Shown piece after piece: positions 13,409 to 24,692 of a DNA stretch of 64,000 nt. The DNA comes from Octopus bimaculoides. Lineage: Eukaryota. Every line of letters starts with the position of its first letter. Position 1 is the stretch's first letter. Below the pieces are notes generated by a model that worked only from the letters and a program-made list of their open reading frames with translations, had not been told where the DNA came from and ran no database searches. The position numbers and the translations under genes are program-made. The stretch is from NCBI RefSeq assembly GCF_001194135.2, contig NC_068981.1, positions 199,023,711-199,087,710 on the forward strand, written 5' to 3'.

Positions 13409-13738
13409 GGTGCTGGAGTGGCTGTATGGTAAGAAGCTTGCTAACCAACCACATGGTTCTGGGTTCAGTCTCGCTGTGTGACACCTTGGGCAAGTGTCTT
13501 CTACTATAGCCTTGGGCCGACGACAGCCTTGTGAGTGGATTTGGTAGATGGAAACTGAAAGAACCCCGTCGTATGTATACGCATGTATGTTTGTGTGTCT
13601 GTGTTTGTCCCCCTACCATCGTTTGATAACCAATGTTGGTGTGTTCACGTAACTTAGCGGTTCGGTAAAAGAGACCGATAGAATAAGTACTAGGCTCACG
13701 AAGAATAAGTCCTGGGGTCGATTTGTTCGACTAAAGGC
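13409..13738 (+). mobile_element. tRNA-derived SINE, family A
   Basis: Head GGAGTGGCTGTATGGTAAGAAGCTTGCT...GGGTTCAGTC, body CCTTGGGCAAGTGTCTTCTACTATAGCC...GGATTTGGTAGATGGAAACTGAAAGAA, then a microsatellite and 3' module. Confidence 0.88.
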
Positions 13739-13850
13739 AAATAAAAGAATATATTCCTCATTCCAGTTTGGGAGCCTGTATATAATATTAAAAAACATAT
13801 ATCTTATATATTCTAGTATATATTTTATATAATTTTGTATTAAAAAATAT

Positions 13851-14069
13851 GGCCGATGCCAGTGCCGCCTGACTGGCTCCCATGCTGGTGGCACATAAAA
13901 GCACCCGCTACACTCTTGGAGTGGTTGGCATTAGGAAGGGCATTCATCTGTAGAAACATTGCCAGATCAGACTAGAGCCTGCTGAGGCCTCCTGGCTTGC
14001 CAGTCCCCAGTCCAACCGTCCAACCCATGCCAGCATGGAAAACGGACGTTAAACGATGACGATGATGAC
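13851..14069 (+). mobile_element. RTE-type LINE/SINE 3' tail
   Basis: GTGGTTGGCATTAGGAAGGGCAT...CCAACCCATGCCAGCATGGAAAACGGACGTTAAAC(GAT)n. The same tail is attached to an RTE ORF2 C-terminus at 18251-18707. Confidence 0.85.
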
Positions 14070-14139
14070 AGATGTGTTATATATTTTTTAAATTAACAAT
14101 TTCTTAGATGAAGCCATGTCAATTTTTATCAGGACTCCA

Positions 14140-14660
14140 TTTCCCCAGCACCTCCCCCCACCCTCTCCATCCCCTCTACTCCCTTCCTCCTGATTTCCCA
14201 ATCACCCCTGTTGAATCTCTTCCCCATAACATATTCTCTTAACATCCCCTCCCTTTATTTCTACCCCTCCCACTTTCCTTTCACATGCAACTTGAGTGTA
14301 CCCCCCTCCGCCCATCCCATCCCATCTTCACTGTCTCCCCCAAGGTAGCCATGAATTTCTTTTACTGCAAGACACTTCTGTCCCTCTACTTATACTCTAA
14401 CTTCTCGTGACTTGGCACAACCCCCCCGCCTCGCTACTGTTACCCATCCTCCTCAGCTGAGGGGTCTTGTAATTATTTGGTGACCTCACTGGTGCTGGTG
14501 CCATATAAAAAAAGCACCCAGTGCATTTGTTAGGGTCAGGAAAGGCATCCAGCTGTGGAAATCATGCCAAAACAGACAGCAGTCCTCTCACTTGGCCGAC
14601 TCCAGTCAGACCCGTCTAAGCCATGCTTGGAAAACAGATGTTAAATGATGATGAGGATGA
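14140..14660 (+). mobile_element. C/T-rich element ending in an RTE-type tail
   Basis: Pyrimidine-rich 5' part, then GGTGACCTCACTGGTGCTGGTGCC...GGCATCCAGCTGT...GATGTTAAATGATGATGA. An inverted relative lies at 18925-19510. Confidence 0.6.
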
Positions 14661-15226
14661 ATAACTGCCATTTTACTCTGTGGTTGACATGAAGATACGT
14701 AGTATAGAAACCATTCCATAAATGGGATGCATCAATGAGACATGCTACTGAACTGATCAAAGAAAATAGGAACTTCAGATAGGAACTGACTTGAACTTTG
14801 AGGACTTATCCCCCCAACGCTTGCCAACTTGGAAATGAGTTTAATAAAATGGTGGCGGCAGCGGAATATAATCGTATTAATAAATATTTATATTTCCATA
14901 AGAGAAATCACTGAATGATTGTAAGAGAGGAATTGTTGGTAGAATAATAATAATAATAATAATAGTAATAATGATAATAGTAATAATAGTAATTCAGATT
15001 TATGAGTCTTTGTTATCTGAAGAATGTTGTCAATGAACTATTGTATAAGATTAGAATAATTCCTGTTAATTGAGGAAACGGTATGAATTGCCATTGTTTA
15101 GAAACTTCCATCTCTACTGTTGGTGAGTATAAATACCTTTATCAACATGATAGCTTTCAGAGAAAGAAAGAGAGAGAGTACCTATGAGTGAGTTAGTACC
15201 TGGGAATACCGTTATCATCAGCCATT

Positions 15227-15600
15227 TTACCTGTTAAACAAGGAATGATGCCAAAAAAAGATCTGAACAGCAGCTTTTTCATGGAGTTCATAAATTGATG
15301 AAATGCTAAAGAATTCCTCTGAAGCATTCTCATATAAAGGAGAACTGAACAAGCAATGCATATTTGGCACCTGCTTCATTGCAGGATCAATAGCAGTTCT
15401 GCATCTTGCACAAAGACACAATGCAGTCATAGAAACTTCTAAATGCTGTGCCAATAATTTGATGCCATATCTACTCAACCATTTCACTTCATAATGACTC
15501 TCTTTACATAAAGCTACTGTTCTCTTCATCCTACTAATATCTTCATAAATCTTACTATTTCGTTGATTAACCTGTTTTTCTCTCTCTCTCTCTCTCTCCT
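15227..15600 (-). mobile_element. Possible hAT transposase remnant (weak)
   Basis: The 142-aa ORF contains ESHYEVKWLSRYGIKLL, which resembles the hAT (Charlie/Buster/ZBED-type) H.EVRWLSRG motif. The rest is not recognisable. Confidence 0.25.
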
Positions 15601-17357
15601 CACCCACTCTAATAACTTCATCTGCAACTGCCTGCATGTTTTCTCCAACAATCAATCAGTTTAAAGTCTATTTCAATAGATTAATGCTTTCTCTCTTTCT
15701 TTGCTACCTTTTTGCTGATCATATTATGACCTAACTGTGGCTTTTTTTGTTTCGTTTTGTTTTTTGTCTGTGTTTTCCCAGTATAATATGAAAAAAAATG
15801 ATTCTCATTCAAATGCTGTTAATCTATTTTTTCATCTAATATTATTCTCATGCGCCAGTAACTAAGCCATTCAGCTCACCAACATCAACAAATATAATTC
15901 ACCTTAATAGGCAAAGCTAAAGCATCACAGAACACCCTCAATTTCTCAATCACCATTTTAGTTTTGCTTTCTTTATCATTCTGCCAAGTATTGCTTCTCT
16001 GAATTTTAATAACAAGTCCTTCTCTCTAACCGTAACTCACTCTCTCCCTCCCCCCACAGCCCCCTTCCTGTTTCAACCCTGAAAGCAACTTTATCTCATG
16101 TTTTTACTCTAAGCGTGTTGCTTAAACCTTTATCCTGAAACTATCATTGTCGAGGATCTTACCATATTCTTGGCTTGGTCAGCTAAAATTCTTAAGCATA
16201 ATCTCCACTGAGTCTGTTCCTAGTTCTATGATGCAAACTTCTTTTAAAATTATTTAAATCAAAATCTTTTATCAGTATTTTGTGTTGTTTCAAACGCCAT
16301 CTTCATGAGAACAATTCTTTCACTAAATTCTTCATTATTTAAAAAAATTAATTGCAACAAAGGCAATGTATTTAACAGAAATATGGCAAAAAAAAAGGAT
16401 TAAACTGTCAAGATTGTTTTACATCCACACTTCCATGTTGGCATGGGTTAGCAGGATATTCTAAAGTAGTGTTTTACTGTCAGATGTACTTCATCTTGCC
16501 TCTCCTTTTCGTCTGTGGAACCCCACATAAAACTGTGACACTCTTAGCAGCAGCAATGAATTATTATTCCATAACCCTGCACAATAAATACATTGAATAA
16601 CAGAGAATATTGAGCTCTGTCTTTTATTGTTGAAATGGTGACTTTATTATTCCTTAACATTTGGCCAGCTATCAAGTTTTTTCGCCAAATGATGTTAATT
16701 AGCAGCATAACATAATATATATCTGGGGGTATTTATTAATTTATTCACTGTATATCTGCAAACAAATCACAAATTTATTGTCCGTTATTTGTGCGGCAGT
16801 CAATAGATGGACTTTATTAAATTTACTTATTTCTAGTTGAGATTCATAATTTTCTGAACATAATATATTGATTTTGAAATTTAAAAAAAAATTTTTCATT
16901 TAAATTTTTACTATCTGAAATATATTATCTTTAAAAAATTTTTTAAGCTTCTTCCAATAACCAATAAGCATTTCATATTCTAAGCAGGAATTTATCCAAA
17001 CAATATCTAACAAGATTAACTAAATCAGATGAAATCTTGTTACTTTTGATCTTGCAATTGGTACATTCCACTGTTTGCCCTCAAAACATCAACTGACTCT
17101 TCAATAAAATTTTGAAGTTAAATACCAAAACTTTTAAAATGAAAAATTCGAAATAAAATATTGAAGCAGAAGTTGCTGTTGACTTTTGAAAGGAATGATA
17201 GAATTGGTCAGGAATCTCTGAAAAGGTTTATGGAATTTTGGTTTAAGTTAGTCCAGGATTCTAATTGACAGAATCAGTCAAACACTGGAATCAATGTTTC
17301 AATGACTCCTCCATCCTCAACCTTTCCTTCTCTAAATATGTTTTTCAGTCTAAATCT

Positions 17358-17849
17358 CCATCCTCCTCCATCCTCCTCCTCCATCCTCCTCCTCCATCCT
17401 CCTCCTCCATCCTCCATCATTCTCCTTCATCCTCCTCCATCCTCCTCCTCCATCCTCTTCCTCCATCCTCCTCCTCCATCCTCTTCCATCCTCCTCCTTC
17501 ATCCTTCACCATAATTCTCCTTCATCCTTCACCATCTTTCTCCATCATCCTCCTCCATCCTCTTCCATCCTCCTCCTCTATCCTCCTCCTCCATCCTCCT
17601 CCTCCATCCTTCACCATCTTTCTCCATCCTCCATCCTCCTCCTCCATCCTCCTCCTCCTCCTTCATCCTTCACCATCTTTCTCCATCCTCCTCCTCCTCC
17701 TTCATCCTTCACCATCTTTCTCCATCATCCTTCACCATCTTTCTCCATCATCCTCCTCCATCATCCTCCTCCATCCTCCATCATCCTCCTCCTCCATCCT
17801 CCATCATCCTCTTCCATCCTCCTCCTCCATCCTCCACCATCCCTTCTTC
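17358..17849. repeat. ~490-bp (CCT/CAT)n low-complexity tract
   Basis: Imperfect TCC/ATC trinucleotide repeats; source of the P/S/L/H-rich ORFs 17265-17879 and 17302-17514. Confidence 0.95.
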
Positions 17850-18250
17850 AAATATGTCTTTCAGTGTAAATCTGAATGATTCTGGTTTCTTTGTTTTTAG
17901 TTTTTGTTTTTCTTTCAAAACATTTTGAAAATTTGTGAGTTGTGTTGAAAGTTTGAGACATCCAGTGTTTTTAATTTATCCATATTCAAGTTTTGAGTCT
18001 GGGCTTAAAATCTCGTTATTGAGCTCGTTATATCTTCTAAATTAACATGGACAAAACTCCAATCCTTTATACTGGCTTTTAGAAAGTCTTTGTTGTTATT
18101 TTCTGTCTGTGTTTTGCCTTAGTATTTTGTAGGAAGATTTTGCCAAATGTGGAGGGTTTGATTTGTCAGAAGCATTGTTATTATTAGCTGTTCTCTCTAA
18201 ACCTTCTCCACAAACAACAAAATGTTGTTAGTTGTTAGATTAGGCAGTGG

Positions 18251-18707
18251 ATCATCATCATCATCGTTTAACGTCCGCTTTCCATGCTAGCATGGGTTGG
18301 ACGATTTGACTGAGGACTGGTGAAACCGGATGGCAACACCAGGCTCCAGTCTGATTTGGCAGAGTTTCTACAGCTGGATGCCCTTCCTAACGCCAACCAC
18401 TCAGAGAGTGTAGTGGGTGCTTTTACGTGTCACCCGCACGAAAACGGCCACGCTCGAAATGGTGTCTTTTATGTGCCACCCGCACAAGGCAGTCCAGGGG
18501 CACTGGCAACGATCTCGCTCAAAAATCCTACAGGAGCCAGTCAGGCGGTACTGGCAACGGCCACGCTCAAAATGGTGCATCTCATGTGCCACCCGCACAA
18601 GAACCAGTCCAGGGGCACTGGCAACGATCTTACTCGGCTTGCCGGGTCTTCTCACGCACAGCACATTTCCAAAGGTCTCGGTCAGTAGTCATCGCCTCGG
18701 TGAGGCC
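18251..18707 (-). mobile_element. 5'-truncated RTE-clade LINE 3' end (young)
   Basis: Minus strand encodes GLTEAMTTDRDLWKCAVREKTRQAE*, an RTE ORF2 C-terminus with a DR..W motif. It is followed by a GC-rich 3' UTR with an internal duplication and a (GAT)n tail. Confidence 0.85.
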
Positions 18708-18924
18708 ACTGTTGTTAATACTGTTGATGTTTAGTCACTTCTTAACTCCTATCTTCAGTTAACCATGTGTACACACACACACACACACACACGCACACAG
18801 AGGACTTCTTATTTTAGTCTCCTTACATTTTTGACTCTATTGTCAATTAAACCAACCAAATAACAAAATATCATTTAAATTACAACCCATTTTTAAAGAA
18901 GAGATGATGGATCAAGTAATGCAA

Positions 18925-19510
18925 CATTATCATCTTTCAACATCCTCCTTGCATGCTGACATGGGTTGGGCCATTCGACAAGTGCAGGCAAGTCAGAAAG
19001 ACTGCACCAAACTATGCTGTTTGTTTTCACATGGTTTCTATGGCTGGATGTCCTTCCTAATGCCAACCACTTTACAAAATGTACTGGGTGCTTTTTATGT
19101 GGTACCAGCACCGACAGGGTCACCAAGTACCTTACCAGACCCCTTTCAGCTGAGTTGGGGGAAGTAGTATTAAGGGAGAGAAAAGTGTGTTTTGCGTTGG
19201 AAGAGAATCCTGGCTATGTGAGGTGGTGAGAAAGGGAGGAGAGTTGGTGAAGATGTAATGGGGGGGGGCATACAGGAAGGTGTACATAGGGAAAGGGACC
19301 AGGGATTAGGGTTAGGGTGGGTAAGTTTAGATGGTTGCCAGAGAAGAGTGAATGCTGGGTGGGTGGGGGGAGATAGTGGAAGTGGAGGATATGTTGTTGG
19401 GAAGAGATTGTATGCAGGTAGGTTCAGGTGGGAGACAGGGGAATACTGCAAGCAGTGAACATGGGCAGAGGGAAGATGGGATGCTGTGGGGAGAGGTTAG
19501 TTAGGGACAC
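18925..19510 (-). mobile_element. RTE-tailed element, G-rich on the + strand
   Basis: Reverse-complement tail (CATGCTGACATGGGTTGG...GCTGGATGTCCTTCCTAATGCCAACCAC) followed by a purine-rich segment. Confidence 0.65.
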
Positions 19511-19649
19511 ATTCTGTGCTTTTTTGGCCTTCATTTTACTTGGTGGATGGATCTTCTCAAGGACAGCAAACTGTTGTCTCAATCCCTTGTCATCTCTGTG
19601 ACACTCAAACTCAGAAAATCAATTCTCAACACTTTGTACCACATCTTCC

Positions 19650-19830
19650 TGAGTATTCCTGGGTATCAATTCTCACATCTTCCTGGGTATTCCTCTTCCG
19701 CTAGTTTCATCAGCATTTAGAGAGTCCTTATTCATACACATCACATGACCCTACCTGCACAGTTTCCTCTCTTGCACACCACGTCTGATGCCTTTTCTAT
19801 TCAATTATTCTCTCAAAATGCTTACACTTT
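19650..19830 (-). mobile_element. RTE ORF2 C-terminal fragment
   Basis: Minus strand gives KGIRRGVQERKLCR*GHVMCMNKDS, similar to the RTE consensus GI.C.VQERRLRW.GHV.RM.EDS. Confidence 0.6.
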
Positions 19831-20379
19831 GTTCTACAAACACATTGACATTGAAATTTTTAGTGTAGGTTGCATGGTTAAAATTAAATAGAGTTGTAAT
19901 GTGGGAAAATGACAAATATTGCTTTGAAATTAAGGAATGCTGAGTTTTGATTGGATAAAAAATAAGTGACTCAACTCATTAAGAATGCTCTAAGGGAATC
20001 TATCTTTTAATCTTAAGCTTAAACTATTTTGGATCAGGAGGATATTAATATTGAATAAGATTAAGATGACTTAGCAGTTAGCCTTAAGAGAAAATGATTT
20101 ATGTTGAAGGTGAACTATAATTTGAATTGAAGAAGTCTTGGGGAAATAGTCTCTCTGGAATGTTAATTGGTGAGGTTAGTTTAGAAGCTGTGAATTTTGG
20201 TGGGAGAGGTATTTACAGGAATTAAAACTAATTCATTTGGCTAAGGGCCAAAGGAAATATAATTTTTACAAATAATGCTTAGGGACGAGACAAAAGGGAG
20301 AGTAACTGCAGAATAAAATACAGGACTTCAAATAAATCAGGAAATCTAGTTTACCAAATCATGAATTAATCTAAACCTA

Positions 20380-20720
20380 GAAGACAAATGTAGAAACCCT
20401 GCCAAAGCAAAACACTGAGGCATAACGTAGTTCTCTCATCTGTCAGGTCTGGACAATGTCCAACCCATGCCAACATCGAAGACAGATGTAGAAACCCTGC
20501 CAAAGCAAAACACTGAGGCATAACGTAGTTCTCTCATCTGTCANNNNNNNNNNGGCATAACGTAGTTCTCTCATCTGTCAGGTCTGGACAATGTCCAACC
20601 CATGCCAACATCGAAGACAGATGTAGAAACCCTGCCAAAGCAAAACACTGAGGCATAACGTAGTTCTCTCATCTGTCAGGTCTGGTCAATGTCCAACCCA
20701 TGCCAACATTGAAGACAGAT
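20380..20720 (+). repeat. 98-bp tandem repeat of an RTE-tail segment, spanning a gap
   Basis: Unit starts (GAAGACA.ATG) at 20380, 20478, 20613 and 20711; spacing is 98 bp within each contig. The unit contains CCAACCCATGCCAACAT. Confidence 0.9.
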
Positions 20721-21230
20721 GTTAAAAGGTAATGGTGATGATTGAATACAGATAATTAGAATACTAGTTGGTATTATTGTTTATCAGTGTGTTAAGACTG
20801 CAGGCAGGGAATAAGACAAACAATTGGATTATGGATGGAAGGTAAAGAAACCATATAGATTATAGGTGAAAAAAATGGAGTATTACAGGTTGACTGTTAA
20901 ATTGTGACAGCTTGCCCCATACAGATGGACTACTGTCACATGCTGAGGAGGTAACCATCATACACTAACTGACTGGTTTATCTCATGCCTAGACATACTT
21001 AATCACCCAACCACACTGTTTAGAAGGTAACTTTAGATAATATCGATTTACATCCAAGTTATCAGGTGAACCTTTCAAAATAGTCCCAATGTAGAACAGC
21101 ATTGGTGACCAGGTGTGACTTGATTATTTCTTTGACTTCATTTGAAATTTCTTAACAGAAACTTTAAATTACTTAGTAAAACAATAAACTCACGTATTTC
21201 AAAAATCTCTTTTCCAAGTACATATCTATC

Positions 21231-21304
<74 letters not shown>

Positions 21305-22985
21305 CATACTGCATAAGAAAGGAGACCTATTTTTTCAGTAATGCTTCCTCAATGTAGAATGTTAATACATATCTACAAGATTCACCATTAATGCTGATGA
21401 GAAAACATTCTCTCAGCTTTGGTGCAGCTTCTATACTATCAACATTTTAACTTTCCTTTTTTATATTTCAAATTTTTCATCCAGCAAATTTTATTTGAAC
21501 AAGAATAAATCAATAATCAATACCCTAAATTTAGATGATTTCAAACTGTTTCACTCAGCTGAAATAGCTTCACCAGCCAGTTCTTCCCTTCTCTCACTCT
21601 CTTCTGTGTGCATGTATGTATGTATGTATGTATATATTATATATTTGTATGTATGAATGCACTTTAATATTGCATTATGTGTGTGTGTGTATACATATAG
21701 ACACAGAACAATTGCATTAAATCTTTTTTTTTTGTTTTTCTTTCTTTTTTTTTTTTGGCATATTTTCAATCTTTTGCAGAAATTTGACTGACTTTGAGAT
21801 TTTAGTTTGTTCTTTATCAAAACATTTGGTCATTGCTAAAATCTCTTCTAAACACTTGTCTAACGAAATCAATATTACAACTCAAAGTATACACTAATGC
21901 ACATTTTATCTTCTTCTAAGATTTCTCTTTCTCTCCCCACCACTCTCTCCCTCCCTAGCTCCACCAACCAAGAAAAAACTGTTCAATGGAACTTTTCATA
22001 AATCATTTGTTCTTTATTTTTCTTTGTGAGATTAATTTGAAATTGGTATTTCTGCACTTTCAAAGGAATTGTAAACAGTACTCTTGAGACTTTGTTCCAT
22101 TAGGAAGCCGTTTGGGCAATGACTTTCTAAATTCCTTAAAAACCAATATTGTCATCAGTGAAAGTCACTCAGAAATATTCTAAAACTGAAAAATTAAAAC
22201 TACTTAAAGTTTTAGTGTTTACAGATTTAGCACAAAGAAAAACAAAAAGCAAAAACAAAATTCTGTTTCTTTGCTTTGTTTGTCTTTTTCTTTTGTTTTC
22301 CAGTTTTGTTTTGAAATCAAATCTCAAACACATTCGAAAATAATTTAACATACCCCTCCCCCTTCTCTGTTACTAGATATTATTCCAAACTTGGTACAAT
22401 AGATACATATTGACAATGTAATCCTCAGTCATTGTATGTGACCATCACCACTGAATTAAAGTGTTTGTTGTTGTTGCTGTTTATCTGCAACCCCACTGAA
22501 TGGAAACACTGTAGTTCTGTGACAGAGTTGGTTATAAATGGATGAAGAAATGTGACAGAACCTGTAGCATAATTGGGAAACATTCCAAACACGATGGGCT
22601 TCAGTTTCACCTGTGTGTGTGTGTATGCGTGTGTGTGTGTGTGAGTTATACTTTTTGTTTCATTTCATTATATCTAGTTTTAAATTTGTTCAAATGTAAC
22701 AGGCAAAATGGTTGTGACGTTGAGGCACTGGACTAGATACCACATGATCACTAGTTCAAATCTTAATATTGCCACTGCTGTGTCCCTGGAGAAAACATAA
22801 TGGAAACATGTGTAAGATGCAAGCAAAACTCTTTGGTTAAGAAGCTTACTTTGCGACATCATTATTTTGTGTTCAGTCTGATGATTTAAAGGGGGAAGCA
22901 AGTATCTTTTAGTACAGCCTTGGCTTAACCATTGCCTGTTGAATGTGGTTAATGACGAATGAGAAAAAGTCTGCTNNNNNNNNNN

Positions 22986-23044
<59 letters not shown>

Positions 23045-24632
23045 GCGAGTGTGTGCGTGTGCGAGAGAGAATCTTCATTTAACATTCTTGTTTCATGCTT
23101 TTAAGGTTTTGATGGTTGGACAAGGATGTGATAGGCCCAAGGACAGCCTGATGCTCCAGTGTCAGCTTTAGCATGGTTTTCCTGACTGGACGCTCTTTCT
23201 GATGCCAAACACTCTGCAGTGTGAATTGGGTGATATTTTTTGTGTGGCCAACTCTAGTGACATTGCCATGCATCTGGAAGGGGCAGCTTTATGCTAGGAA
23301 ATGAAGGAAGGGGCCAGAACAGAATGGGTGTTTTGCTGTAGAAGGCTATTCAGATATTAGAAGAGAGGGTGGCAATGATCAGGTGGAGCTGGAAAGCAAT
23401 AAACAAGAGAGGAGATGAACGGGGCAGAGGAAAGAGCTGTGTGGAGAGGCAAGAGATTAATATTTTAACTTAGAACCCAATTGATATTTTAGCTCAACAC
23501 TTAACTCCTCTATTGTGTTTGTAAAGGTATCTTAATTACTTATTTCTAGAAATTTTCTAAACATTTAATTTGTGAAACATTTCTTTTACTCCTGTCTGTG
23601 TTTGCAACAAATCGTTGAAACACAGATGTTTCTCTCTTAAATTACCTTCACTTAACAGCCATATTTTGTCATTAAGATCTGATTTATTGTCAGATAAGTT
23701 GATTAACTGATAAAATTTTGTGATTTTTAGCAAAAAAATATTGTGATAAATCTTCGTTTGTTCTTTAGTGTATAACTCTATCAGAAATGCTTCTTAATAT
23801 TTTGTTGATAACGATAATAATGGTTTCCTATTTTGGCATAGGGCCAGCAGGTTTTGAGGGGAGGGGTTAAGCTGATTACACCAGCCCCACTACTTGATTC
23901 GTATTTATTTTGTGAACTCAACATAAAGACAAGTGGAATGCCACTAAGTATTTTGTCTGGTGTGCTAACAGTTCTGCCAACTCACCACCTTTAATAATAA
24001 TAATAATAATAATAATGGCTTCAAATTTGACATAAAGTTAGTAATATTAGGAGCAGGGTTGTTGGTTACATTGATTTCAGTATGCGACTGATATTTTATT
24101 TTATCAACTCTGCAGTTGATCAGAGCAGTGTTTGAACTCAGAATGTAAAAGGCTGGAATGAACACCATTAAGCATTTAGCCAGACATACCAGACATGATT
24201 TTGCCAGTTTGGTGCCATAAAAAGAAGTTTTTGATGTGGGCACAATGACTGAAATTTTGTAGGAAGGGTTTACTCAAATCAGCCCCAGTATTTGACTGGT
24301 ACTTCATCAACCAGTTCAAAGATGAAAGGCAAAGTTAACCTCAATGGGATTTGAATGCGGAACATAGTGCAAATAAATACCACAAGGCATTAAATCCACA
24401 TTAACCACACTAGATTACAACCCCTCATTTACTAATATTAATCTTCTGTTCTCCTTTTAGTGACTCTAGTGACTTTATTGTTAATGTTGAGGATTCTGTG
24501 AATCATAATCTCTCTGTTATTTCCTATTGTTTTTGGTTGTGTGGCACTTTGAGCAAGTGTCTCATACTGTAGCCCAGGACTGATCAAAGCTTTGTGAGTG
24601 GATTTGGTTGATAGAAACTGAAAGAGACCTCT

Positions 24633-24692
<60 letters not shown>

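Noticed and set aside
20380-20720. Regular repeats that could be mistaken for a CRISPR array (also 28799-29100 and 43940-45540)
   Set aside because: Head-to-tail units with no unique spacers, no cas genes and a eukaryotic context.
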